A stretch of DNA of 64,000 bases from the sequence record CP053388.1, one strand, 5' to 3'. Made by a program: the position numbers and the translations under genes. Shown here one piece after another: positions 46,411-57,010 of the stretch. The first letter of the stretch is position 1, and each line of letters starts with the position of its first letter. The notes below the pieces were generated by a model that searched no databases, had not been told where the DNA came from, and saw nothing but the letters and a program-made list of their open reading frames with translations. This DNA comes from Escherichia phage CMS-2020a.

Positions 46411-49400
46411 TTAGTTACGTTGAGTGTTTGGGTTGAGTGATCCGCCAGGGCGTTTCTCTTGAGCGATAGTCTCAAGCGCGATTGCTTTCATCCGTTGAGC
46501 GGCATTGTTCCATATGCTTTCTGTATCGCCGGATTCAGTTGTGCTACCGTCACTATGGACGTTGATCTCAATTGATACCGGAGAAAGAACATTTCCTCCT
46601 CCACTCATACCATCGGTACTGAGCGTTACAGGGATTGTTCGACCATCAGGCAATGGAACATACGCCTCATTCATATCGCCTTCCCCAAACAACGCCAATT
46701 GAGGTGAGTTGGCGATACCGCCTTTCTGGTATGCCCGGAGCGGGATCACGCCGTCTTTTCCGAATATGCCACCATTTGCAAACTTCGGAATTGCAGGAAT
46801 ACCATTCGTGCCATCGGCAGCAGAACTGGTCAGATTGTTGAACCCGGAAGTTGAGCCAGAAGAACCGGACATCAATCCATCGAATCCACCACCAGCCCAT
46901 ACTGAAACCAAACCAGATGCAACTGTCGCGCCGAAATTCAACCACTTATTACCAGAGCCGGAAGCATTAGCTCCAAGCATTGCAAACGCGGCAGACAGAG
47001 CGCCGGTAACAGAGCTGAGGTTCTGCATCGAGAAGATGGAGTCCTTCACTGCTTTTGTCTCAGCATCTTTGGCTTCGGTGCTATCAAATAGCCCCGATAC
47101 CCAGCTACCAATCGCATTTGTTGCTGTGCCAATTGCGCTGGTGGTCTGCTGTGTTGTTTGCCCCAATCCAGTTACCGAACTGGACGTCTCCTTCGTGGCT
47201 TCTCCTACCGACTTGTCGCCATTAACAGTGTTGCCCATTCGTACACCTTGATTGGCAACGGCAGAAGCAACTCCAGTGAGCAAATTGCCACTCTGTGAAC
47301 TACCAGCTGCGGTGGTTCCCATCCCCAACATGTTCATTAGAGGCAGCGTGATTTGCGACTTCACGACCATATTGGTGATATCTTTCAAAATGGACTGAGA
47401 TAGGCTGGAGAAGCTCATCTTCCCGTTAATAACGAAATCAGTCAGGACATCAGTTAAGCCACTAAACAAATCAGTCCAGGTGCTTTCGATCTGCTCTGCC
47501 AAGTTTTCGTATTCCAGTGCCAACTTCTGCGTCGCAGTCCCCGTCTCTTTAATAAGCGCGGTATTGCCAGCAGCAATCAGTTGATTGATTTTCTTTGTAT
47601 AAAGCGCCACAACTTTAGGATCAGACGCCTTATCACGAAGTTCTATCAACGCTTTGAGATTGCGGTTGTAGGTGTCTTCGAAATCAGCAACTTTCTCTTC
47701 GCGAGACGGCGTATAGCCAGCACTAATAATGGAATCCGCCTCCGGTGCCCAAGTGGAGATCATCTGCTCAACATTGCGGCGATTAAACATCTCGCGATAT
47801 TCAGGTGTCGCATTTTTGAGGTCTTCAAGACGTTTTTTCGCCTTGTCGATCATCTCTTGAGTGATGAACTCGTTAGGTACCGCATTAGCCAAATCTGTCA
47901 GCGATTTCGTTGTATCGCGAAGAGACTGATCAAACGATACCGTAGCCTTAGAGCTTTCACCCATTTGCCCCATAAGCTGATCAGCTTTGTCCAGAGCCTT
48001 CTGGTATCCGGCTGCCAGTTTCTGTTGCGCTGCCTGTTCCTTCTTGGCCGCACGCTGCGAGGCGTTAGCTGATCGTTGGGCTGCTTTCTCGGCAGCTGCT
48101 GCATCCTGTTCACGAGCTTTAGTAAGTGCGGCAATGGCTGCGGCACGCTCTTCATCGCTCATTTTCTCCAGAGAGCTGGCACTGGATGCTTTCTGCAAAT
48201 TAAGCTGCGTCTTGAGTTGTTTAGGCCCAATAATCGGCTTACCTTCGAAGTCCATCATCGGAGTGCCGTCAGGCAAAGTACGCTGATAAGTCGCAGAATC
48301 CATCTGGTTTCGCATATATTGCGCCAACGCCTTCTGAGCAGCTTTATCAGTTGTACCTAACCCAAGAACAGTCCCCTGGTTTGACATTACGCCCTTACCA
48401 GTTTTGGCCGCGTTATCTCTCTCGAACTCTGCCTGAGTCAGCTCCTGAGCAACGGCTTCCAAATGCTCCTGATAACCACGAATACTGCCTTGCAGTTTCT
48501 GGATCTGCTCGGTATTTCCATCCTTTTTGGCTTTTTCAAGCTGATCATTAAGAGTCGCAATTTGCTTCTCGGTCGCATTCTTACGAGAAGAAAGTGAATC
48601 AACCAGTTTTTGCGCAGGCTCCAGATAGCTTTTGTTTACCGTTTCACGTAACGGTGCCAATAGCTTGTTCTTTTCGTCATCTGAAAGTGAACCGTCATCA
48701 TTGATTTTCTGGATCTTATCCAGAGCCTCTTGCCGGGCTTTCACGAATGTTGCCGCGAAAATCTGGTTTTCCGCTCGAATTTTCTCAATCTGAGATTCGG
48801 CAGCCTCTTTAGCCAAACGCTTTGCTACAGCGCCGTCACCAAGAGCTATCGTGCCGGTTATCTTTTGATACTCCTCCTGATTTTTTTTCAGGCGTGCTTC
48901 GATGTCAGCCTTCGACTCTTTGTGAGTAATAACACCGGCAGAGTTAGATACGTAATTAACACCCTCACCAGTTTTTAATGCTCGTTGATCAGCAAGAATC
49001 TGCTTTTCGAGCTTTTCTGCGCGGTCGGCCATTTGTGCACGTTTGGCCGCTGTCATCGCTTCTGGTATTTTCCTAATCTCGTCAACGACCTTTGAAGTTT
49101 CGCTGCGGAGCATGGTCATGTACGTGATTAGGCCAGCAACAGCTACAGTGGCAACTGTAAATGCTGCCCCTATAGGGTTTGCTGCAATGAACGCCGTTAA
49201 TCCAGCAAAAGCGCCTTTAAGCCCCGTAATCGCCCCACGGATGGCGAAAATAAGAGAGGGGATCGGAGCCAGCCCCATACGTGCCGCACGATTGAATCGA
49301 GTTACTGCTGTAGCGCCGAGGTTAAATGGAGTCTGTATGGCGGTCGCCATCGTGGCAAAGGTGCTAACCATCTGGCTCCCAGCGCCAACTACCCCCATGA

Positions 49401-51000
49401 TCCCTGCTCGCATCAGTTTGAACGCAACCATCGCGGCCACGACCTTACCGAGATTAATTACCAGCTCTTGGTTCTTTGCTAACCATTGAGCAAGCTGACG
49501 CAACCCATCGATTGCCGTTGTTAACCCCGAACCTAAAGAATTGGCAAACGAAATCCCTTCGGCGCTATTCATGATTGAAGCCAGTTCTTTCATCCCCTTC
49601 GATAGAGAATCCAGATATCCGGCCTGACCAACCCGATCAGCAAATAACGTGAATGACGTCTGAAGTTGCGCCAGCGCACCTGTGTAGGTTTGCATCATGT
49701 CTTTCGCTGCGTTCTCATTCTCCGCACGCAGACCAACAAACATCAGAGACAACGCCTGTTTTGCCTCAACCGTACCGCTGGCAACGGCTTTAGTCAGTTC
49801 CCCCATAGTGATGCCTGCGGCGTCTGCCATTGCCTGCATCGCGTTAGGAACGGCTTCACCTAATTGCTGACGTAGCTCTTCCATTGACACGACGCCCTTA
49901 CCGGACATCTGCTGAACGGCCACAGCCGCACGTTTCAACAGCTCACTATCACCACCAAAACGAGCAACGGAGTCCACCAGCGCCTTCAGAGAGCCATCGG
50001 TTGGATCTAAGCCAGCAGAACGAAACTTCACGAAGGAATCTGTTAACGCCTGCATCGCGAACGGCGCATTTTGAGCCATGTCTACGATGTACTTCATGTC
50101 ATCGGCGGCAGCCTGGCCAGGGTTAGACTTCTCCTTATTCAACCCACGAAGCATCACCCGCATACGTTCCATTTCGGCCGCAGCTTCAACAATAGGCTTC
50201 TGCCATCCAAACATGATGTCAGTAACCGTTCTGGCTGCATCTCCGATCTCGCCAAGCAGGAAAATGTTGCCACGAAGGCCAGAGAACATACCTCCTTCGT
50301 TACTTTTACCGCTATGGCCAGAGCCGCTACGCCGCCCGCTGCCACCATCGCCACTTCCAGATGTACGAACGCGTACCGGCTTGCTAATCAGTTGCTGACG
50401 TCCGATAACTTCGTCCATCTGCTCACGAACCTTTTTCAGTCCCTCGGCAGCCTGACTCGTTGTGACACCCCAATTACTGAGTCGCTTCGTCGTGGTATTA
50501 AGGCGCGTATTCATGCCACTCACGGACGCAGAGGCTTCTTTGACCTCCGTACCAAAGCGGCTTGCGCTTTTGCTTGCATAGGTCGCCCAATCAGAGAAAT
50601 CATTTAGCTCTGATTGCACTTTACGTAATGACGCGGTGAGTTTATCTACTGAAGAAGTTGTCGTATCGACGCGCTCAATCAGGGCTTTAAGACCAGAATT
50701 GAGGCTGGTGATGTTGCCACGCATTTTACGCGTAGCATCTGAAGCAAGCTCAAAACCGGCAGCTACATCCTGTAGTTTATCTGCCGTAGAATCGAGCTTG
50801 CTTTCCAGAACGCCAATGATACGGGCGACCGAACCCAAAGAGCGTTCAAAGGTTTGGATTTTTTGAGCAGGCTTTGTTACCTGCTCACCAAATCGAGTAA
50901 GCAGTTTCCCCGCACGATCGATTGACGCTGTAAACTGTTTGTCTTCCAGCGACAGGATAAACTCTACGTTTTGTGACATTCCCTTGTCATCCTCTGCCAA
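46411..51000 (-). CDS. H: tail tape measure protein
   Basis: 1529 aa, coiled-coil rich, Gly-rich hydrophobic segments; position. Confidence 0.85.
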   Translation of the reverse strand: MAEDDKGMSQNVEFILSLEDKQFTASIDRAGKLLTRFGEQVTKPAQKIQTFERSLGSVARIIGVLESKLDSTADKLQDVAAGFELASDATRKMRGNITSLNSGLKALIERVDTTTSSVDKLTASLRKVQSELNDFSDWATYASKSASRFGTEVKEASASVSGMNTRLNTTTKRLSNWGVTTSQAAEGLKKVREQMDEVIGRQQLISKPVRVRTSGSGDGGSGRRSGSGHSGKSNEGGMFSGLRGNIFLLGEIGDAARTVTDIMFGWQKPIVEAAAEMERMRVMLRGLNKEKSNPGQAAADDMKYIVDMAQNAPFAMQALTDSFVKFRSAGLDPTDGSLKALVDSVARFGGDSELLKRAAVAVQQMSGKGVVSMEELRQQLGEAVPNAMQAMADAAGITMGELTKAVASGTVEAKQALSLMFVGLRAENENAAKDMMQTYTGALAQLQTSFTLFADRVGQAGYLDSLSKGMKELASIMNSAEGISFANSLGSGLTTAIDGLRQLAQWLAKNQELVINLGKVVAAMVAFKLMRAGIMGVVGAGSQMVSTFATMATAIQTPFNLGATAVTRFNRAARMGLAPIPSLIFAIRGAITGLKGAFAGLTAFIAANPIGAAFTVATVAVAGLITYMTMLRSETSKVVDEIRKIPEAMTAAKRAQMADRAEKLEKQILADQRALKTGEGVNYVSNSAGVITHKESKADIEARLKKNQEEYQKITGTIALGDGAVAKRLAKEAAESQIEKIRAENQIFAATFVKARQEALDKIQKINDDGSLSDDEKNKLLAPLRETVNKSYLEPAQKLVDSLSSRKNATEKQIATLNDQLEKAKKDGNTEQIQKLQGSIRGYQEHLEAVAQELTQAEFERDNAAKTGKGVMSNQGTVLGLGTTDKAAQKALAQYMRNQMDSATYQRTLPDGTPMMDFEGKPIIGPKQLKTQLNLQKASSASSLEKMSDEERAAAIAALTKAREQDAAAAEKAAQRSANASQRAAKKEQAAQQKLAAGYQKALDKADQLMGQMGESSKATVSFDQSLRDTTKSLTDLANAVPNEFITQEMIDKAKKRLEDLKNATPEYREMFNRRNVEQMISTWAPEADSIISAGYTPSREEKVADFEDTYNRNLKALIELRDKASDPKVVALYTKKINQLIAAGNTALIKETGTATQKLALEYENLAEQIESTWTDLFSGLTDVLTDFVINGKMSFSSLSQSILKDITNMVVKSQITLPLMNMLGMGTTAAGSSQSGNLLTGVASAVANQGVRMGNTVNGDKSVGEATKETSSSVTGLGQTTQQTTSAIGTATNAIGSWVSGLFDSTEAKDAETKAVKDSIFSMQNLSSVTGALSAAFAMLGANASGSGNKWLNFGATVASGLVSVWAGGGFDGLMSGSSGSTSGFNNLTSSAADGTNGIPAIPKFANGGIFGKDGVIPLRAYQKGGIANSPQLALFGEGDMNEAYVPLPDGRTIPVTLSTDGMSGGGNVLSPVSIEINVHSDGSTTESGDTESIWNNAAQRMKAIALETIAQEKRPGGSLNPNTQRN

Positions 51001-51256
51001 ATATTTGCATCAGTTGCTCTTTGGCGTCAGGGTCTGCCTTATCCTGGCTTGGATCGTAGACTTTATCTGTTACGACTGGTCTTCCAATCCTGAGTTGCAA
51101 ACCCTCCATGAACGCCTTCACAGCCTCGCCATCCGCCTGGGACGCACGAGCGACTTGTAAGTTGCGGACATCCTCTTCCGCACGCAGACGGTCTATATTG
51201 CGACTGAGCATCCAGAACATCGTGAGAGGAACGTTCAGTAGCTCTAATGGCGACAC
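50987..51256 (-). CDS. tail assembly chaperone T-like segment (probable -1 frameshift extension of G-like protein)
   Basis: frame stays open upstream through the G stop; frame offset -1 relative to G. Confidence 0.4.
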   Translation of the reverse strand: MSPLELLNVPLTMFWMLSRNIDRLRAEEDVRNLQVARASQADGEAVKAFMEGLQLRIGRPVVTDKVYDPSQDKADPDAKEQLMQIFGRG

Positions 51257-51336
51257 GGCGTAGTGAGCAACTACACGACTGAAATAGAATCCGAGATCTA
51301 TTGAGACGGTCCTTGTCCCGGATTCATCGCGGGAAA

Positions 51337-51654
51337 TTACTTTGCCCCTTCGCCAGCCGCTTTTTCGTTTTCTTCATCAATCACTTCCATAGCGAAGGTG
51401 AAGATCTGCTGGAGTTGCGGAACAGTCAGTTTTTCAAGAACTTCGTCAGGTACTGAAGGGATAACCTTACGAACCAGATCTGCATAAGCTGTCACTTGCT
51501 CAACAGGAGACATGTTCATGAGATCTTTGCCTTCCATCTGCTTGATGGAAACGAACAGACCTACCGTCATTTCAACGATGGGATATTCCTGACCGCCAAA
51601 TTTGATGCTTTTCTTCGGAGGCAGAATGGAATCGAGATCGAGTAATTTGGTCAT
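51337..51654 (-). CDS. tail assembly chaperone, lambda G-like
   Basis: 105 aa between major tail and tape measure genes; GAAAAAG near 3' end. Confidence 0.55.
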   Translation of the reverse strand: MTKLLDLDSILPPKKSIKFGGQEYPIVEMTVGLFVSIKQMEGKDLMNMSPVEQVTAYADLVRKVIPSVPDEVLEKLTVPQLQQIFTFAMEVIDEENEKAAGEGAK

Positions 51655-51709
51655 TGGTTAAAATCCTTTTAAAAGAGAGGCCCATCCTGAGCCTCTGCTT
51701 AATTACTGA

Positions 51710-52492
51710 TTAATCTGCGGGGTTAATCGTTACTGACTTAGTTGCCTTCTTACCACCGCTATTGCTGGTGAAGGAGATATTTGTAGAACCCTGCGCCACA
51801 CCACGTACCAGACCCGTTTGATCTACCGTGGCCTTTTTCTGGTCTTCGGATTCCCAAACACCGGTTTTGTCTGCGGCATCAGCTGGAGTAATTTCGACTG
51901 TCAGTTGCACAGTCTCCCCTGCTTTTACAGTTGGAGATTCCTGTTTGATCGACACGGTTTTTACCGGTTTAGGACCGCTCATTTTGCCCAGAACGCCTTC
52001 ATCATCCGGGTATGCGCTGAACTGAACAGAGAACACACGAACATCATCAGACTGGTAGGTCATAGTGAAGTTGCCCGCGGTTGCCGCTTTCGGGATGGTC
52101 AACACATAGTCGGTGGTGTCCTGCGGAGTCAGAACCAGCTCCTTCGCCACATCAATCAGGTTAACGCCCTGTGCAGATGTGATCGTGACAGAGCTGTCAT
52201 CTTCGCTCAGAGTAGAACCAGGCATCAGGTCAACCATGTTTTGGAGTACAGACTCAGCCAGAGGCGCGGTGATGGTAATGTTGCGCCCCTGAACTAATTC
52301 GGAAATTACGGTCTGCCCCAACTGATCGACGGTGACTTTCAGCGTTTCAGTGGCTACTTCAACCTGAACACCACCTTTGGTGTAACCCAAATCCACACCA
52401 CCAAACGACACCTTACAGGCACCAAGTTTGATGTTTTTTACATGGGTATTAGACATTGATGGAAAACTCCTTTTTCCGTTAATTCTACGCAT
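51710..52492 (-). CDS. major tail protein with C-terminal Ig-like (Big_2) domain, lambda V-like
   Basis: position; C-terminal Ig-like segment also seen in head decoration candidate. Confidence 0.7.
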   Translation of the reverse strand: MRRINGKRSFPSMSNTHVKNIKLGACKVSFGGVDLGYTKGGVQVEVATETLKVTVDQLGQTVISELVQGRNITITAPLAESVLQNMVDLMPGSTLSEDDSSVTITSAQGVNLIDVAKELVLTPQDTTDYVLTIPKAATAGNFTMTYQSDDVRVFSVQFSAYPDDEGVLGKMSGPKPVKTVSIKQESPTVKAGETVQLTVEITPADAADKTGVWESEDQKKATVDQTGLVRGVAQGSTNISFTSNSGGKKATKSVTINPAD

Positions 52493-52530
52493 TCATTGCG
52501 CTAATAGTAAGTATATACTTACCAATTGAG

Positions 52531-52887
52531 TTAATTCAATAAATAGCCAGCAAATTCAACAGGAATGCCTGCTTCTATTAATGCCCCATCATTTTTGGGA
52601 TAAATGATTGGCATCGCCATCGGTCGTACAAGTCGAAAATAAACACCACCAGATTCCGTTTCCTCTACTGGAAACATCTCAATGATTTTATTGGCTTTCT
52701 CAACCGTCGTAGTAATTGACGAACCACGCACAATGATTGTGAATGATTCGTGATAAAAGCCCTGTAGCTCATGATCGATGCTGATACCGGTATTTGGGTT
52801 AATAAGCAGGACGCCAGATTTCACATTGGCAGGCAAGTAGTGACAGAAAATGTCAGTCCCGACCGTGCCAATCTTTGCCTTCTGCAT
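52531..52887 (-). CDS. tail terminator/completion protein candidate
   Basis: position upstream of major tail gene; start trimmed to internal Met to avoid 120-bp overlap. Confidence 0.4.
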   Translation of the reverse strand: MQKAKIGTVGTDIFCHYLPANVKSGVLLINPNTGISIDHELQGFYHESFTIIVRGSSITTTVEKANKIIEMFPVEETESGGVYFRLVRPMAMPIIYPKNDGALIEAGIPVEFAGYLLN

Positions 52888-52915
52888 CAAACTTGCAAAC
52901 GCTTCAATAAACACA

Positions 52916-53389
52916 TTAACCTCTCGTAAATCCGGCTTTTCTGGCAGCCTCAAGAATCGCTTCTGAGAACTGCTTCTCGCTAATTTCCACCGCTCTTTCC
53001 AGAAAGTGTGGCCCAACACGGGGTTTAACACCGGCAATTGGTGGGTTTGTCACGTTCTTCATTCGAGAAAGATAACCGAGTCGGTATTTACCCAGCTCCA
53101 TGTACTTAGCATAGTCACCGACTTCTACGCCCGGATGCCCCTGACGTGGTTTTGCTCCAGACACAGAAAGCTCAATGCGCAGCCCTGAATAACCTTCTTT
53201 AATCACCCTGGCAAAGATGGCTGTCTCCAGAGATCCGGTTTCCAGCGGGGCCATTGCACGGCTGAGGCGCTCAACCAAACGCGCCAGCTTTTCCATGTCC
53301 CGAATAAGATATCGCTTAAATGCTTTCTGGCTGTTGTTGAGTCTATTCCCCGCACGTTTGAACTGATGCGCATCGTATTTCAGACCCAT
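52916..53389 (-). CDS. head-tail joining / tail completion protein candidate
   Basis: position in connector gene block; 157 aa. Confidence 0.4.
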   Translation of the reverse strand: MGLKYDAHQFKRAGNRLNNSQKAFKRYLIRDMEKLARLVERLSRAMAPLETGSLETAIFARVIKEGYSGLRIELSVSGAKPRQGHPGVEVGDYAKYMELGKYRLGYLSRMKNVTNPPIAGVKPRVGPHFLERAVEISEKQFSEAILEAARKAGFTRG

Positions 53390-53820
53390 ATATTCGCCCC
53401 TACTTCAAGATGCCCAGGTCTTCCTCGTAGCCCCCAGCGGCGATGAACACTGGACGCCTTTAATTTTTGACCTTCAAGGATCAGTACATCATCAAGTTGT
53501 ACAGCCGCTTCTAAAGGGACTACTAACACAGCATCAAACAGCTCCAGACTCGCCTTACCACGACTACCAGAGCTATCAGCACGAACTGACGATTTCTCAT
53601 TACTCTGTTCGAACTTAACCACGCCGACATTCGTCTTCCTGACGAATTGTAATTGCGCCTCACCGTAAACGTTCTTTGCGCCAAAGCGGTAGATCGCAAT
53701 TTCTGTTTGCCATGAAATATTCATGCTCTCTCCCTGTTGTTGTCGGTCGCTCTCATTACTGGCCAAAAACCCTTTCGACCAAAAGTAAATAATGCGACTG
53801 GCGTTACGCACGGCGAACAA
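53380..53820 (-). CDS. head-tail connector protein candidate
   Basis: position; 146 aa. Confidence 0.4.
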   Translation of the reverse strand: MFAVRNASRIIYFWSKGFLASNESDRQQQGESMNISWQTEIAIYRFGAKNVYGEAQLQFVRKTNVGVVKFEQSNEKSSVRADSSGSRGKASLELFDAVLVVPLEAAVQLDDVLILEGQKLKASSVHRRWGLRGRPGHLEVGANIWV

Positions 53821-54637
53821 TCATACGGTTGTTGATGTAACTGACCAGCAAGCGCCAGGTACTACGAGCCACATGCACGTTTGCAGCTTTACCGGTACGG
53901 TACATGTTGGTTGTTTCACCGATGGACTCTGACAAAATGCCATCCTCTCGTGCTGCGGCTACATCATTGCCATTTGCGATCTCACACGCTTCGTTGACAA
54001 CGGCAAGCATCAACGCTTCTTTGAAGTAGTCAGGGAACTCTTCAAACTTCTCCTGCGTCATCTTTTCCCAATCGACTAAATCATGCCGGTACGCTCCATC
54101 TGCTCCCCACGGAATGTCATACACATTCAGCATATTTTGAGGGCGATCGTATCGGTCAAAGTCGATACGTAGAATTTTGCGGATTGAGAACGGTAAAGTT
54201 TTAATTCGTCTGGTAGCCTCAATGAGACGCTTGCGCATTAAGCCTTCACCATCCGACAGCAAAGTGTCCCCATTCAGCATATCGATCGCCTGCATTTGAG
54301 CATCAGCGACAGTTGCAAACGACTGTTCTGGTATCGACAGTTCAAAACTATTCAGCAGAACATACATTTGCCGCTCTTCATGCGTCAGACCCGATGCAAC
54401 AGCCTTCACAATGACGTACCGCAGATCTCGCTCTTTCTCAGAGAGCTGGTTATATTCAGCCGACACGACAACCGGAATCGACATTTGACCGCTGGTAATT
54501 TCTAGCGGCTCGCCATCAACGAGAATAGCCCCGGTGCTGTCCTTTACTGTGTAGGTAGCAGATTCGATATCCAGCACGTTGAAGGCAAATGAAAGAGAAA
54601 CAGCTTCACCGCTACGATACGAGTCGATCTGCGCCAT
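53804..54637 (-). CDS. hypothetical structural protein (277 aa)
   Basis: within head/connector module. Confidence 0.4.
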   Translation of the reverse strand: MAQIDSYRSGEAVSLSFAFNVLDIESATYTVKDSTGAILVDGEPLEITSGQMSIPVVVSAEYNQLSEKERDLRYVIVKAVASGLTHEERQMYVLLNSFELSIPEQSFATVADAQMQAIDMLNGDTLLSDGEGLMRKRLIEATRRIKTLPFSIRKILRIDFDRYDRPQNMLNVYDIPWGADGAYRHDLVDWEKMTQEKFEEFPDYFKEALMLAVVNEACEIANGNDVAAAREDGILSESIGETTNMYRTGKAANVHVARSTWRLLVSYINNRMIVRRA

Positions 54638-55071
54638 TACTCACCGCCTTGTGCTTTCAGGATGCCTTCAATCATCTCGACAATTCCTTTCGCTTTGACA
54701 CCAACCTGATTACCAATAACTCGTAGACCGGCAATACCTTCGTTGTCTGCAATGGACTCCAGCTCTTCTCGTGTGAAAGCCTGGATCTGTTTGGCCGGTT
54801 CATCTGGTGTTCCACGTTTCATTGGCACAATGTCAGGCGCTGCTGGCTCGGTAATCAGGTCTGCTGTCAATTCACCACGATCACTGTATGCGGCAGACGG
54901 AGAAACATTTTTGCCCTCTACTGTTGACGCTCGCATTGAAGCACAAATCCTCTGCTGATCGATAAAAGGCAACTCCGCTACGGATACCCCGTTCTCGAAC
55001 TGAACGCCGCACAGCATTCCCGAATAACCGGAAAATTGCGGTTCTAATAAAACAATTTTTGCTGGTTTCAT
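54637..55071 (-). CDS. hypothetical structural protein (144 aa)
   Basis: within head module. Confidence 0.4.
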   Translation of the reverse strand: MKPAKIVLLEPQFSGYSGMLCGVQFENGVSVAELPFIDQQRICASMRASTVEGKNVSPSAAYSDRGELTADLITEPAAPDIVPMKRGTPDEPAKQIQAFTREELESIADNEGIAGLRVIGNQVGVKAKGIVEMIEGILKAQGGE

Positions 55072-55115
55072 AACGCTTTCTCTCCTCTTGGGCGGCTTTC
55101 GCCGCCCAATGTCGG

Positions 55116-56036
55116 TTATTCCTGTGCGGCAGTGACCTCTACGGTCGCTGTCGCTTTGTGGCTACCATCTTGGGTAGTAACCTCGATTGTGGCAGTACCA
55201 GCCGCAACACCAGTTACAACACCGGTTTCGCTGTCCACCGTTGCAAACTCGGTATTTTTAGATTCCCAAGTAACGGTTTTATTTGTGGCTCCTGCCGGCT
55301 CGACATTTGCGGTCAGCTGAACAGTTTTGTTTGCCTCAACGGTTGTGCTATTTGGGTCGATTCCGACGCCGGTAACAGCCACAACAGGCGCAGTTACTTC
55401 CACCGTTGCAGTTGCCTTTTTGCTGCCATCTTGGGAAACGATCTCAATCGTCGCAGTGCCAACTTCTACACCAGTAACGTTCCCGCTCTGGTCTACCGTT
55501 GCCTTGTCTTCATTTTTGGAAGACCAGGTAACTGCCTTATTCGTCGCATTTGACGGCTGAACATTCGCTTTCAGACTGACTGATTTCCCTTTCTCAACAG
55601 AGGTTGAGTCTGGCGTTACCGTTACGGATTTAACGGCTACCGGATTTACGGTGACTTCCACTGACGCGGAAAGCTGGGTTTCCTGATCAGTTGCGGTAAT
55701 TTTCACTTTGCCTGGGGCTACGCCAGTTACTAATCCAGTGCCGTTAACGGTTGCAATTTGATCATTGGCTGACTTCCAGGTAAATGAACTGGCACTCTTA
55801 CCCATACTAATACCTGCACTAAGTTGAACAGTTTTCCCAACCAAAACTGATGGTGAAGCCGGAGTTATGTTTACGGATTGGGAGAAGGGAACCGCCTGCA
55901 AACAAGCAGATAGCTGACTTTGTTGCCGCTCGGTTAAAGGTTCATCGGAGATAGAATTGGTAAATCCGGCGCGGCACATATGCCCCGTAAAATCCGAAAA
56001 TGCCTCTTCCGTAATCTTCATCTTTTGTTCTGGCAT
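55116..56036 (-). CDS. Ig-like (Big_2) repeat protein, head decoration candidate
   Basis: three Ig-like repeats (TVQLTANVEP, WSSKNEDKATVDQSG type); follows capsid gene. Confidence 0.5.
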   Translation of the reverse strand: MPEQKMKITEEAFSDFTGHMCRAGFTNSISDEPLTERQQSQLSACLQAVPFSQSVNITPASPSVLVGKTVQLSAGISMGKSASSFTWKSANDQIATVNGTGLVTGVAPGKVKITATDQETQLSASVEVTVNPVAVKSVTVTPDSTSVEKGKSVSLKANVQPSNATNKAVTWSSKNEDKATVDQSGNVTGVEVGTATIEIVSQDGSKKATATVEVTAPVVAVTGVGIDPNSTTVEANKTVQLTANVEPAGATNKTVTWESKNTEFATVDSETGVVTGVAAGTATIEVTTQDGSHKATATVEVTAAQE

Positions 56037-56109
56037 TTCTTGCTCCTACAAAAAGGGTGGGCGTATAGCCCACCCTTAAACATAGATAATTACTTATCTA
56101 CAACACTGA

Positions 56110-56985
56110 TTAAATTTTTACATTGGTCAGTGCAGCGATAGCCTTATCGTGCTTATTCGCCAGAGAGCAGTACCACTTCACACGGGTACGTACTGCGTCT
56201 TTGTTCTGTACAGTACCAATGTTTTCAACAACGATACCTGCGTTGTCGCCGCCATACAGACCAGTAACGCCGTTCTCTTCTGACAGATGCAGGCAGTAGA
56301 TGCTTGCTTTGCCAGCATCGGTCGGAATGAAGTCGTTTACGATAAACGGAACGCCGTTATGGCACAGCATCGGACGACCGAAGTTCTCCATCATGATTTC
56401 AGACGGACCTACGTTTACTGTACGCAGCAGCGCACGGTAAGCACGCAGGTGCTCTGAACGCATCATGATGCAGTCAGCACCAAGATCTTTCACCGCATCG
56501 ACCAGTTCGTCGAACATGGAGAAAGTCATAGATGCACCGGCGATATCGATCTTCTGATCTGCGTGCATCAGGCGTGGAATGCCGTCAAACGCCTTGTTGT
56601 TAGTGGTGGAGTCGCCAACAATCAGATTGCGACGGAAGGCACGAGCCAGACCTTTGACTTTCTGACGAACCTGGATAGCCAGCTGGTTGTTGGTATCAGC
56701 CATAGTGGTAGCCAGGAATTTGTCGACGTCAACGTCGCCAGCCAGAATGCGCAGCTTCGCAACTTTCTCTTCGAAGGTTGCTGCACCTTCGGTGATGGTG
56801 TCGTTCACATCAATGAAAGTAGCTTCGCTCAGCGTTTTTTCACGGTTGTACAGATATGCCTTTGAATTAATTTTCATAAAAGGCAGGATGGCAAACAGGT
56901 CATCGCGATCGATGATAGTTTCGATCACACCCTGTTCAAGTTCGTTGTTAGACAGCTTTTCAGCTTCTTCACGCAGTAATGGCAT
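56110..56985 (-). CDS. major capsid protein candidate
   Basis: 291 aa gene immediately after scaffolding gene. Confidence 0.6.
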   Translation of the reverse strand: MPLLREEAEKLSNNELEQGVIETIIDRDDLFAILPFMKINSKAYLYNREKTLSEATFIDVNDTITEGAATFEEKVAKLRILAGDVDVDKFLATTMADTNNQLAIQVRQKVKGLARAFRRNLIVGDSTTNNKAFDGIPRLMHADQKIDIAGASMTFSMFDELVDAVKDLGADCIMMRSEHLRAYRALLRTVNVGPSEIMMENFGRPMLCHNGVPFIVNDFIPTDAGKASIYCLHLSEENGVTGLYGGDNAGIVVENIGTVQNKDAVRTRVKWYCSLANKHDKAIAALTNVKI

Positions 56986-57010
56986 CTATCAATTCCCTTT
57001 GATTTAGATG

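Noticed and set aside
52531-53037. Full-length 168-aa ORF for the tail completion candidate
   Set aside because: Its first 50 codons overlap the 3' end of the upstream gene in another frame; trimmed to internal Met at 52887.
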